Source: Styela clava
Lineage: Eukaryota
NCBI RefSeq assembly: GCF_964204865.1
Contig: NC_135253.1
Location: 15,996,001-16,060,000 of the forward strand
DNA length: 64,000 bases
Reading direction: 5' to 3'
A program made the position numbers and the translations under genes. Positions 38,601 through 50,279 of this stretch are shown in pieces. The notes beneath the pieces were generated by a model, which saw only the letters and a list, made by a program, of their open reading frames with translations, was not told the origin of the DNA and ran no database searches. Numbering within the stretch: the first letter of the stretch is position 1; each line of letters begins with the position of its first letter.

Positions 38601-41600
38601 TATTTTTTTCAGTTAACATTGTAGAATTTTCAAAAATTGTGATGTCAAATATGGAAATATCAAAGAAGTATCACTCATTTAAACTGCATTTCAAGGCTAC
38701 ACGACCGCCAGTTAGGTGGTTAGCTTTGAAAAATGACGTAACATTTCGAGATATGTCGCAGATTCAAGACGTGTATATACCAGGTTCAAATTCTGGAAGG
38801 TCAAAAGGAGGTTGTGCTGCATATGAGGATATGTAAAAAAAATAATGTCAAAACCAGAGTTGTCAATATCCGAATAATATGGTATTCTGAAATTCTAAAT
38901 TATAATTCATTTGAATCGGGAAAATTTAAGTAAATTCAATTGAGTAGAACAGCAACATTTTTGGTGAATATCGGGTCCCACGGAAGTCCGGTGAAATTAG
39001 AAAATATATAAAAGTAAAAGCCTTCTAGCGGTTACGTTGACCATCCCGCAATCATTGCAAGCCCGTGTAGAAGATCCGATTAGGTCACCGACAAGTTCAG
39101 TTTATTTTAGTACAGTATGTAAAATGTTACGTCGATTAAGTCAGTACACGAAAATCCATTGCGTGATGATTCAAAGGTCCGATGCACTTGCATTGATAAG
39201 CCAGTGATTGATTAACACAAATAAGCGATATTTACCTAAATTGTAGTGTATTTATTTGCCTCGAAATAATTTTGCCACGAAATATATGACATATATCAAG
39301 ATCGACAACAAACTTTAATCAAATATACTCCCACCCAACATTATTTGTGATCATCATAAATTTTTCAAATGGCAGTACGTATATATACTATATAATGGGT
39401 TCGCAGACTGAGCTACGGTAAGTTGAGTTTTGTCTTTTAAAAACAATCGTTCATACAAACAGTGTCACAATTCGTTGAATTTATGTAATATTTCTCGGCA
39501 GAGTTACCAATCCAACGTTACATTACCTGCGGCATTGCCACAAACTCAAATCTTATGTAAATGCCAAATTTGAAAAGCTTGTCTATATTGTAAATGATGA
39601 TAAGAACCATCAAATCTTTCATCTCAGAAGAATATCTTTCAACTCAAATCGAAAATATTGGGTGCAAACGCCCTCAGGTGAAATTTATACATAGGTTGAG
39701 GTCTACAGTCGGGCGGTAATGTTAGATTTCTGTCCCGATAAAACACTGCAGAAGCCATTACCGGTACATATTTATCGTATTTTCGAAAGCAAATTGACGT
39801 AGTTCACCCAGATATCTTACCAATAATGTAAATAAATTTCCTATATCGCTTAAAACTACACGTACATCTATGAAAATCTAGACAGTGTGGTAGTCAGCGG
39901 CGTGGCCACCTCAAATAATATTCGAATGCGACTTATAGAATAGATGACGCAAAACGCCCCAATAACCATGAGTATTACTGCAAAAAAATGCCAATCATCC
40001 AATGAGTGAATGTTACAAGACTCCAGGTAATACCGGGCAAAATAAACGCAAACAGCAAATGTAAACGACGCCCACAACCTAGTTCGATGTTTGTCAACAA
40101 CTTAGAGGGCAACTTATAAGGCAACTTAATTAAGCATCTTAATTGATGAATGAAGACGCGATGTCTTGTTTGTGGGTGAAAAAGTTTCATGGGTGTAATC
40201 TATATGCGTGTGCTAAAATCAATGGGTGGAAATATATTGGTGCAAAAGTATACAGGTGCAAATGCGTCAACAAAAATATATTTTCTTAGAATTTTTACGG
40301 AATAGTGAAATATTTCGTTTGGGCCATCCCTGGGTGTTATATTGGCGAATATTATTTCGGAAATCTACTCAGTATAGTAGACACGGTGTGTTGCAACTTA
40401 CGTTAACTTAATATCAATTTACCTTGGTATCGGCACAATTTTGAAGTCCTAGTTGTTTGATGACATGCGATACTTTATCAGCTCGTTGTTTAGCGTTAAA
40501 TTTATCTCCGGACAATCGAAGGTTGGCTGAAAACGCCAAATTTTCACGAACACTGAGGGTTCCCATGACGACGTCATCCTGGCAATCGAAAAGATAGTGG
40601 TTTTTAACGGAAATTCACTTGTATATAACTAAGTTCTAGTCACCCAGATAAACGGTATGTTTTTGTGTGTTTAATCAAAAGCGTAAGAAATGTGTAAAAA
40701 CATTGAATTACTTTCTACTACAAAAGCGCAAGTACAAATTATATAATTTCGTTCAGAATTGGATATTGATCCACTTGCGTATTGCAATACACGATATAAA
40801 TGATACGAAAGTTCACAAACTTGTCTTACTTCCTGTCTGTGCATGACGTACATCTATAGATATATATACCGTATATACAAAGGTCAGATGATCATTTTGC
40901 AGTTCACTAATAATATTGGCAATATTAAAAAGCCTAATATAAGCATATCCTGTTTGTCCCTTGGGCGTCAAATAATTATCAATTGCCCATCGTGAAACAC
41001 AATTGAGTGATAATACAAACAGTCACAGTTGATATAACCGAAGCGACAAAGTGCATTATTTGTCAGCTTACCTGTACGACATAGCCGCTCATAAGACGGA
41101 AATTAACAGGCGGCAAATCTCCGTCTAACAATACGATGCCTTCCTTCAAACCGCGTGGGTCTTTTCTTTTCGCGAGTATATCCAAAAGCCTATGATAGAA
41201 AGTTACGTAACAGATAAAAATTTTGTTGTGTAACTTCTAATAGTTGACGCAGCTTGACAACGTGATCTATGAACTGGAACAGGTCAATCTTTAACAATAG
41301 ATCAACAGATTTTTTTAATTCAACCTTCAGTTAAACGTAATTCATTCGTGACCAGCGATAGGAAACGTCCACATAAATCGGACGATGGTCTGTACCCTGT
41401 CGCTACATTATTAAGAGTCTGTGGCTATCCATTAAAAAAATAATCTAATAAGAAGTAAAAAATGCCCTAGTAGACGCTAAAGTGAACCTTTTGCGAGAGT
41501 GCGGTTGTATGGTATGATATGAGGAACAGACGTGAAAAATGAATTATTCATCGGTATGATCAGTATTTACTTGAGTCTCTTAGGTCTAAACTTGGCCTGG

Positions 41601-42623
41601 GGGCGCAACTGGTCCAGTTATTATACTGTATTGAATTGATACCAAAATTTATGGCAATACTTTAAAACTGCAATCGGACCAGTAAAATGGGTAAAAAATT
41701 AACGTGCTACACTTTTATAAAACTTGACACAGTCACTCACTACCAAGAGATGTGACTGACAGAAACCATTACAACATAACGGAATTATGCCAAAGCTCAT
41801 CATTTGGTCCAGAAATATGTACTGCCCAGCTATGGCTATGCATAGATAGCCCCTAATGCCCCTGAAACATGAACGCGCCTTCATTTATCTTTCACTATTA
41901 AATCAGGATTGAATGCACTGACATTCAATGCGTAGGTGAGAGTTCATACACACTTTTATTGCCATCTGTAAATATTTATATTTGGTTACTCACGAGGTTT
42001 TACCGCTTCCTGTAGGCCCCATAATAGCGTTCAATCCGGGCTTCAACAGGCCACTGAAACAATAAAAATATTTTTACTACATATAAGGTTTAGGTATTAG
42101 GACTAGGTTATATTTGCATATACACAATATGCCAATGTGGAAATTTTCACAGCGGAACAGCAATATTCGCGAGCAACATCAAGCGAGGCAAATGCAATGC
42201 GGTTTCAACCTACCTTACGCCCTTTAAAATTTCCTTGTCGCCCATCTTTCCACAAAGAGGTACATCGTCCAACTTTTCTTGTACTTCGTATCTAATTCCA
42301 TGAAAACTGATTATGGATTGCCGTGCGCCTTTTGTCAAACTGTTTGGCTCAGTCACCTCATCGATGCAAGTGGTTTTATTGTTTACCATGGCGCGTGAGC
42401 TGCTTATTGAAGTATTATCAGAGTAACAGTCGTCTTCCGCTTCGTACGAACTCTGATTGCGATTACCGTCCCAAGCCGACCCACTGCTCGATTGCCAATC
42501 ACTGTTCCGGATGTTTCCTATTTCCCCAGTCTGCCAATCTTGTTGCAGCGCAGGGTTGTCGACTCCGATTACCCGAGCATGAATGCCTTGCGTGATAACA
42601 GGACCGTCTGAAGCGGGATTCAT
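23666..42623 (-). CDS. ABCG2: ABCG2/BCRP-like ABC half transporter (NBD-TMD), ~781 aa, 15 coding exons
   Basis: Phase-consistent exons 5'->3': 42623-42214, 42053-41994, 41189-41072, 40578-40423, 34414-34257, 33797-33646, 31667-31506, 30947-30811, 29884-29777, 28974-28826, 27681-27592, 26507-26383, 25793-25549, 24678-24554, 23816-23666 (2346 nt). Walker [11 protein letters not shown]-loop [19 protein letters not shown], signature [10 protein letters not shown], Walker B/D-loop [13 protein letters not shown]-loop [40 protein letters not shown]. 1:1 orthology versus lineage paralog is not resolved. Confidence 0.93.
27703..28743. mobile_element. Possible degenerate piggyBac-like non-autonomous element in an ABCG2 intron
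   Basis: The right end ...cgcacggaaaggg|ttaa matches the GGG|TTAA piggyBac terminus. The left end is only weakly similar (ttttcagtacgtcc) and its boundary is uncertain. Confidence 0.35.
29533..29695. mobile_element. Short hAT-type MITE
   Basis: TIR CAGCGTTGGG / CCCAACACTG, near-TSD aaatttag / aaatatta(g), internal gactt/gagtc subrepeats. A related fragment lies at ~7339-7520. Confidence 0.6.
32816..33060. repeat. Intronic tandem repeat, 3 x ~80 bp
   Basis: Unit ccaagcccagactataaaaagtata...cagctatcagaaaat starts at 32816, 32897 and 32976. Confidence 0.92.
35610..35701. mobile_element. Very short (92 bp) hAT-type MITE
   Basis: TIR CAGTGGCGTATCT / AGATACCCCAATG. Perfect 8-bp TSD ttacatta at 35602-35609 and 35702-35709. 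Confidence 0.75.
35748..36189. mobile_element. hAT-type MITE (TAGGGTTGCCA termini)
   Basis: TIR TAGGGTTGCCAAC / GTTGGCAACCCTA. TSD ggtgtacg / ggtgtgcg (1 mismatch). Internal tgtccttt subrepeats. Confidence 0.85.
37650..37832 (+). repeat. Copy of a dispersed SINE-like repeat family
   Basis: Core atggcgaaccacagc(g/c)tctc also occurs at ~31816 (+) and, diverged, in reverse at ~12590-12615. The 3' part gagtccagca...cat(a)att(t)atc...ggaacc occurs in reverse at ~23941-23990. No clear Pol III boxes were identified. Confidence 0.45.
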
Positions 42624-44046
42624 TTTTTCGTTTGTTTTGGCGACGAGAGTACTGCTCTAGGTTACCAGCTAGCGACTACCAGCTATTGATATTAAACTAT
42701 ACCTGTAAAAGTGGTATTTCCGTATTCTGTAACTAAATGTTCGCAAGAACAGCGTTTAACGTGTGTCGTTGTGCAATGATAAATACTAATTAGTAGGGCT
42801 ACGAATGGTTAGTCGGCTAATAGATTGACAATGTTAGATGGTTAACAGTTGTAATGGAGTTTGACTGTTAACCCAAATTCAATATTTAGTAAAATACAGT
42901 CCCCAGATTAATTCGCAATAAGGCTGATTTCCGTGATTTTTGATGCAAATATATACGACCTGCTTGTTAACCAAGATACAGTTGGTGGTGAAATGCGGCA
43001 ACGAATAGTCAAAATTCAATTCTCGATGTCCGCGATTTAAGAATAATGCACAATTTAGGAAGGGGTATTTCGTGTCAATTTAGTCAGAAAAGTATAAGCA
43101 TTTCAAATATTTTCGGTGCCGAAAGTACAATTAAAAATTACCTCAAAATAGTTACACTTATTTACAAATAAGAATGACCAGAATACTCTAAAATGTCGAA
43201 AGCATTCTGCACGCCTTGAGAGTGGCCGCGCAGAGAAACAAAGCAAAAGATGATAGTGACGTAATAAGCTCAGTCTCACTTTATGACATCATACGTGAAC
43301 ATATATTTGATTAAGAATCTCTCATAAGCATCTCATTAATTAACAAAGCAACGTGCTTTCTTTGACTAGTTGACTAAATCTCAAGTCAATTCATTTACGT
43401 TTTCAAGAAATATATATATATCGTTTTGCTACATCATGCTTGAAAACCATATTAACCACGAGTCTCATTTTTTTTCGACCAATGCATCAACTCTCAGATA
43501 AGATCTTAAGTTTATTAAGCGTTCTTAGATTGTATATTTTCCCCGACTCTACGGCCCTGGGAAGAAGTTCAGGGGAAAGGTACTAATTAAATGTTACGAG
43601 ATAAATAGTATTTTCATAGTTGCCGTAATAGGTAATAAACAACTATGTGAAAAATAACGTTTTGTTAATTCTTGCGAGTCTACCGAGATTCATTTTGCTT
43701 CGGAAATGTTTTTTTTCTAAAATTGGCGTCATAAAATCGTCTGAAAGACTTGGAAAATGGTGATTGAATTGTATTGAATCCAAGCAAATTTGGATGAAAG
43801 TGGTCGGAAAAAGAATCCAGCAGCAAATTTCTCACTGAATTCGTTTAAATTTGGAATGACAAAAAAATTTGAATAACAGTTTTCAGAAATTTATGCGTTT
43901 CAAAACTCATCATTTCTGCAAGGACTCTTAGTAATGCCATAAAATCAATAAAAAAAACACTATTTTGTGCCTGCAACTAATAGTAAGCCTATGTTAAATA
44001 AAGGTGCGGCCCGCAGTTTTACCCAGGTATTGATATCTGGCCCGCC

Positions 44047-46744
44047 TGTGATAAAGGTTGCACACCCCTGTTTTATGTCATTGTAAAATTCAAGCGTCTC
44101 TGCCAAGAATAGGGTCTGAGACTAACTTTGAAGCCTGCAAATTACGTTTTTATTACCTTCAAGGACTTTTTTAATACGACCGCGAATGCTGCAACAAATT
44201 TTTTTTTTCTTCTGTCCGTACATTAATTCCAACACGTAAATTCAATTATTCTGTTTATACAGACTATACTCACGTCACTCGCTAATCATCCAATGTTTTA
44301 AATGCATGTCCTACAACAAATACCATTTGCATATTGAGTTTCAAAGGTCCGGCCCAGTAACCAAGTCTATATCTGTAAGTGGCCTATTTAGGGAAGTAAT
44401 TGCCCGCCCGTGGATTAATTAGTACTACCCACAAACTTGTGTATCGTAAAAAAGTTGAACTATATTATACACCAAAGTCTAGCTAAAGGGAGATTCATCG
44501 CCTTAAGCGCGATAATAAATACAAAAAGCTGGCAACATTTCCATATTTCTCTCAAGGTGTACTCATGCTACGATTCATGAACAACTACTTTCCTCATATT
44601 TATTTCCCGAAATCTATAAAACTTACATGGTGTCATAAACTGCGCAAACAGTTGTTACCGAAACACAATCTAGCTATTAAAAACGGACTAGTTCCCACCG
44701 ACTAAAGGGCATGACTAACACTGTGTCGCTTACCTTAGAATAAATACATGTACTTCCGTTGCATTACAGAACATATGTACATTATGCCTGCTTTGGGCAA
44801 AATTACGTAAAAGCAAAATTTATATCACATTGCCATTTTCAAGACGTTCCCGTCTATAAATTTTCACTTGGACAACATAATTTGCCATTCGCATCCAAAA
44901 TACGCGTTGCACCCGAGGTTAAAGCTATATACCAGCTTCAACCAACAAAATTATCTTATAACTTGACTGACTTTGTCTTCACACCTTGATGATTTTCCCT
45001 TTTTCATCTGACTCGGTGCTCGTGTGCGCTGATTGGCGGTAATGCAGATTAAAGACAAAATGTATCCCGTGAATATATCCGCTAATTTTCGAACGTATTG
45101 TTATTTAAATCGGCTGTTTTGACACGACGTGTGATCAACTAGCACATATTCGGACAATGAGCTAAATACGTCTCATTCGACCTGAATGTCCGAAAAGGAA
45201 TATTTAAAAACTATCATACGTCTGCGGCTGTTTTTTGAAAAGAATTTTTAAGGAATTCGCAATATGCTGACCAGTTTTTTCCATACCCGATCGCGACCAT
45301 AACTGGGCAAGTGGCAATAATTTGCTATATGATTTGGCTGTTATATTTGCTTCCCCTGAGTTATGACCAAGTATGAAATCCTGCCAAGACATATCTGACA
45401 CTATGACAAATTTGTGATAAAGGTTGCACACCCCTGTTTTATGTCATTGTAAAATTCAAGCGTCTCTGCCAAGAATAGGGTCTGAGACTAACTTTGAAGC
45501 CTGCAAATTACGTTTTTATTACCTTCAAGGACTTTTTTAATACGACCGCGAATGCTGCAACAAATTTTTTTTTCTTCTGTCCGTACATTAATTCCAACAC
45601 GTAAATTCAATTATTCTGTTTATACAGACTATACTCACGTCACTCGCTAATCATCCAATGTTTTAAATGCATGTCCTACAACAAATACCATTTGCATATT
45701 GAGTTTCAAAGGTCCGGCCCAGTAACCAAGTCTATATCTGTAAGTGGCCCATTTAGGGAAGTAATTGCCCGCCCGTGGATTAATTAGTACTACCCACAAA
45801 CTTGTGTATTGTAAAAAAGTTGAACTATATTATACACCAAAGTCTAGCTAAAGGGAGATTCATCGCCTTAAGCGCGATAATAAATACAAAAAGCTGGCAA
45901 CATTTCCATATTTCTCTCAAGGTGTACTCATGCTACGATTCATGAACAACTACTTTCCTCATATTTATTTCCCGAAATCTATAAAACTTACATGGTGTCA
46001 TAAACTGCGCAAACAGTTGTTACCGAAACACAATCTAGCTATTAAAAACGGACAGTTCCCACCGACTAAAGGGCATGACTAACACTGTGTCGCTTACCTT
46101 AGAATAAACACATGTACTTCCGTTGCATTACAGAACATATGTACATTATGCCTGCTTTGGGCAAAATTACGTAAAAGCAAAATTTATATCACATTGCCAT
46201 TTTCAAGACGTTCCCGTCTATAAATTTTCACTTGGACAACATAATTAGCCATTCGCATCCGAAATAAGCTTCAACCAACAAAATTATCTTATAACTTGAC
46301 TGACTTTGTCTTCACACCTTGATGATTTTCCCTTTTTCATCTGACTCGGTGCTCGTGTGCGCTGATTCGCGGTAATGCAGATTAAAGACAAAATGTATCC
46401 CGTGAATATATCCGCTAATTTTCGAACGTATTGTTATTTAAATCGGCTGTTTTGACGCGACGTGTGATCAACTAGCACATATTCGGACAATGAGCTAAAT
46501 ACGTCTCATTCGACCTGAATGTCCGAAAAGGAATATTTAAAAACTATCATACGTCTGCGGCTGTTTTTTGAAAGGAATTTTTAAGGAATTCGCAATATGC
46601 TGACCAGTTTTTTCCATACCCGATCGCGACCATAACTGGGCAAGTGGCAATAATTTGCTATATGATTTGGCTGTTATATTTGCTTCCCCTGAGTTATGAC
46701 CAAGTATGAAATCCTGCCAAGACATATCTGACACTATGACAAAT
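44047..46744. repeat. Recent ~1.37-kb direct tandem duplication upstream of the ABCG2-like gene
   Basis: Copy 1 is 44047-45412 and copy 2 is 45413-46744; both start tgtgataaaggttgcacacccctg and end acactatgacaaat. They differ by a few substitutions and a ~30-bp deletion in copy 2 near 46265. Confidence 0.96.
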
Positions 46745-47708
46745 CTGACAACAAAGCTAATTGACTAGGTCATAACTAGATGTTACATAACATTTCCCAT
46801 CATTCATTGATTTGACCCATTGATTACCACGGTAAATAGTCAGAAAAGTATCTGTGTATCCGTTCTTATGTTCAAGTCTTTTCTGAGCATTATCAGATCA
46901 ATGCGGTACTGCCGTTTATAATTAACTTAAGAACATGAAGCGCCTGTTGTATTTTATCTGTTGTTTGTGCAATTTCGTTTTGCTTTACAATTCACAGTAC
47001 TACAGGCATCAATAATCGCTGAATGCTTTATATTCGTCTGTCTAACTCTGAAATATGAAATATTGAAACCAATATACCCATAACTCAACACTTTTTATCG
47101 ATCAGCTGTATAAGAACATTATCTGATTTGGTCAAATGACCAGGTAAATGAATACAGAGGTCAAAACAAACTCCGCAACGCCCATAAATTACATTGAACA
47201 TCAACAATTACCACGTGTTCGCGGTGACCGTACATTTGAACCCATGTGTATATCCGCGATTTCAATCTATATGCGGATGCTACAACCAGCACCGGATTAA
47301 CCATTGGAAAATAGAAGCACGTGCTTAGAGCACCAAGCAGAAAGGTGCACCACAGAAATTTTAGAGCAGAATTTTTTATAGTTTATTGGTGTTTATTAAA
47401 ATATTGCGAGTTCACCAGACGACTCAAACTCCAAAATGTTCGCCTATTTTTCGTCTTCATGTATCATATTAACCTTATTTATCAAAAATAAACACTGAAA
47501 CTTATTTATTGGACACGAAATCGTTTTCTTAAATTGTTGTTGTTTTTTCTTTCTAGTATTCTCCTTGTTGCTGCATTTTTGTTTTAAAAAAAATTCTTTC
47601 CTTTTCAACAATTGGACCAATGAACTATTTACACTATGTGGCGGTTCCACGATCGCATTTCAACGATCTATTGGTCAGCAAAGTCGGGAGTTTTTTGATA
47701 AGGTAGAC

Positions 47709-48496
47709 CAGGGTGGTCCAAACCCTGTGGCCTGTCATGCTGATACATTCCGTGCGGCTCACAGAACAATTTTAGCGTATATTTGTATCTAATGGAGAAA
47801 CGTTTTTAAGTTTTTGTTTTAGCTATTCCAACTGGGGTTGGGATCCCGAAATTCAAACCCCTTTTTCTAACGCTTTATGCCTTTATTTTAGTAATAAAAA
47901 CACTCCTCTGTTTTCAAGCGTCGGCCATGTGACAGTAGTAACGAAACGCAGAGCCGACTTAACGCCGCGCAGTGTGGTTTTTTTCAGCTAGGTACCGAAA
48001 TACCAACTCAGACTGACTTGGTTTGTATTTGAGTTTGACGATGGCACTAAGCTTGCTCACGCTGCAACTTTTAAATTACTCAATATAACAATTCGTAATA
48101 AAATGAGTGTCGCAAGAAAGGTGACATAAGGAAAACACGGCGGAAACCTATTTCCTTGCCCATCACACAGTGTCTGGTTTGATTTCAAGTAATATCTGTC
48201 ACGAAAGAATATAATTTGAAGCGACATTAAACGTGGGATGCGCAAAATACAACGGCAATTCTCGGGAATTAACTTTAAAATAACTGAAGGCTTTATATAT
48301 CTTCTTTAAAAGAACGCTACCCGTGCAACATAATAATAGTCTGATTAGAAAGGGTAAACTCTCGTTGTTTGTTAAATTTGAAGTAAGTAAACTCGCGATA
48401 TTCCGATCACCTTTGGGTTTTCTCCGACTTGCAGCCCGCGAGACCTTCTCGGAAGTTTTTTGCGGTCCTTCAACCTAGCAACCTTGAACCATTCTG
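47709..48496. mobile_element. hAT (Charlie-like) element nested in the middle element
   Basis: TIR CAGGGTGGTCCAA / TTGAACCATTCTG. Perfect 8-bp TSD aggtagac at 47701-47708 and 48497-48504. A right-end relative lies at ~51589-51677. Confidence 0.85.
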
Positions 48497-48763
48497 AGGT
48501 AGACTACTAGGTACCGGTAAAACCGGACTTGTATACTTTGGTATTTCGATTCACGTTGAGACTGGAGGCATGAATCTTTATTGTCACACTCAGGATTAGA
48601 GCTCATCCGATATATCGGCCCGATGTTGCGTGTTTGCCGATATATCATATCGGCAGTAAACGGCCGATATATATATCGGCTATATATAACAGTTAAAAAA
48701 ACCTAAAAGTGTTCGTAAAAGTTGTTTTATTTACTGTTGGTTGTTATTATTTTTATTAGATAA

Positions 48764-50279
48764 CAGTGGCGGCGCGTCAATAGGGCCAACCGGGGCTATG
48801 CCCCGGTTGTTTTTTCGGTATAATAAAAAATATTCGAAAAATACCTCAATATCGGTTGCACAGACTGTCTACACTAGCCATATTCTCCCGACATGGTTCA
48901 TTTTTCGCTCGCAAAGGCAAAGCCTTCACCGAACGTCGACGGGGCGACGCCGATTTTGCCCCGGTTGCTCATTGTATATCGTATTCTCTCTCTTATCTTC
49001 CACTCGCCGCGTTTGTCTCGTTTGTTTTCTGTTTTTTTTACTAAATCATTGGGGCTAGCCCCGAAATTATGACGACACAATGCCGACGTTTCTTACAACA
49101 ACGTGTTGACATATTCACGCATTCCTTCTCGTTCGTTGGTTGCTTGAAGAGTTGATAGTTTCCTCGCCTTCGTTTTTGTCGCTTGTTTCGCTATTTGAAT
49201 CAGTTAGAGACCTTTAGTAAATTTGCTTTCGATTTTTCACATTCCTTTTGAGCTCCTCACTTCTTTCCGGCTTCCCATTTCTTAGCCTTAGACCTCATAA
49301 TGAATAAGGTTGATGCACTACTTCGCACTCCGTTTTCGCAGCTGCCGCTGGAACAAAAATTAGAGGTACAACGTCTTGGGCCTTATGAACCAAAAAATTG
49401 TTCACTGGAACAATCCCATGACGGAGGAAAGCGTCGGCGTACATTCTGCGCAGAAACTTGGTATAAAAAACACGAATGGTTGTGTTACAGCGAGGACAAA
49501 AATGCACTTTTTTGTTTTTATTGCCTACTTTTTGCTACCGCCCGTGACTCACGTTGGTGTAAATTTGGTTTTAGAGATCTTAAACATCTTTCCGAGCGTG
49601 GCAGGGATCATCAATCTTCTATGGAGCATCTGGACAATGCAGTAAAATACCGAACATTCGGAAATGTTAATATTGCAGCACAGTTGGATGAAGGACGCGC
49701 GGTTTCTATTCGTCGGCACAACCAAAACGTCGAGAAAAACCGCCATGTTCTTCAAAATGGCTAAGAAATGCGAAGCCGGAAAGAACTGAGGAGCTCAAAA
49801 GGAATGTGGAAAATCGAAAGCAAATGGACTAAAGGTCTCTAACTGATTCAAATAGCGAAACAAGCGACAAAAACGAAGGCGAGGAAACTATCAACTCTTA
49901 AGCAACCAACGAACGAGAAGGAATGCGTGAATATGTCAACACGTTGTTGTAAGAAACGTCGGCATTGTGTCGTCATAATTTCGGTCTGGGCTAGCCCCGA
50001 TGATTTAGTAAAAGAAACAGAAAACAAACGAGACAAACGCGGCAAGTGGAAGATAAAAGAGAGAATAAGATATACAATGAGCAACCGGGGCAAAATCGGC
50101 GTCGCCCCGTCGACGTTCGGCGAAGGCTTTGCGAGCGAAAAATGAACCATGTCGGGAGAACATGGCTAGTGTAGACAGTCTGTGCAACCGATATTGAGGT
50201 ATTTTTCGAATACTTTTTATTATACCGAAAAAACAACCGGGGCATTGCCCCGGTTGGCCCTATTGACGCGCCGCCACTG
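48764..50279. mobile_element. Foldback hAT derivative: ~520-bp inverted arms flanking a truncated transposase 5' end
   Basis: Arms 48764-49287 and 49759-50279 are reverse complements, with termini CAGTGGCGGCGCGTCAATAGGGCC. Perfect 8-bp TSD ttagataa at 48756-48763 and 50280-50287. Confidence 0.93.
49300..49764 (+). pseudogene. Truncated hAT transposase N-terminus (ZMYM1-like, TTF-type zinc finger)
   Basis: MNKVDALLRTPFSQLPLEQKLEVQRLGP...RRTFCAETWYKKHEWLCYSEDKNALFCFYCLLF...W...GFRDLKHLSERGRDHQSSMEH matches the ZnF_TTF pattern of hAT/ZMYM1-like transposases. It is cut off at the right arm before the catalytic and dimerization domains. Confidence 0.85.

Noticed and set aside
39868-40077. Hydrophobic 69-aa ORF resembling a two-TM micropeptide
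   Set aside because: TTG start, intronic, no splice or homology support; hydrophobicity is expected from T-rich DNA.
43142-43300. Possible non-coding first exon and promoter of ABCG2 with TGACGTAA/TGACATCA motifs
   Set aside because: A plausible donor (43141) and acceptor (42703) exist, but the TSS cannot be supported from sequence alone, so it is not listed as a feature.
45204-46734. Twin ORFs (MSWQDFILGHNSGE...) suggesting a duplicated small gene
   Set aside because: A by-product of the 1.37-kb tandem duplication; no coding signature.
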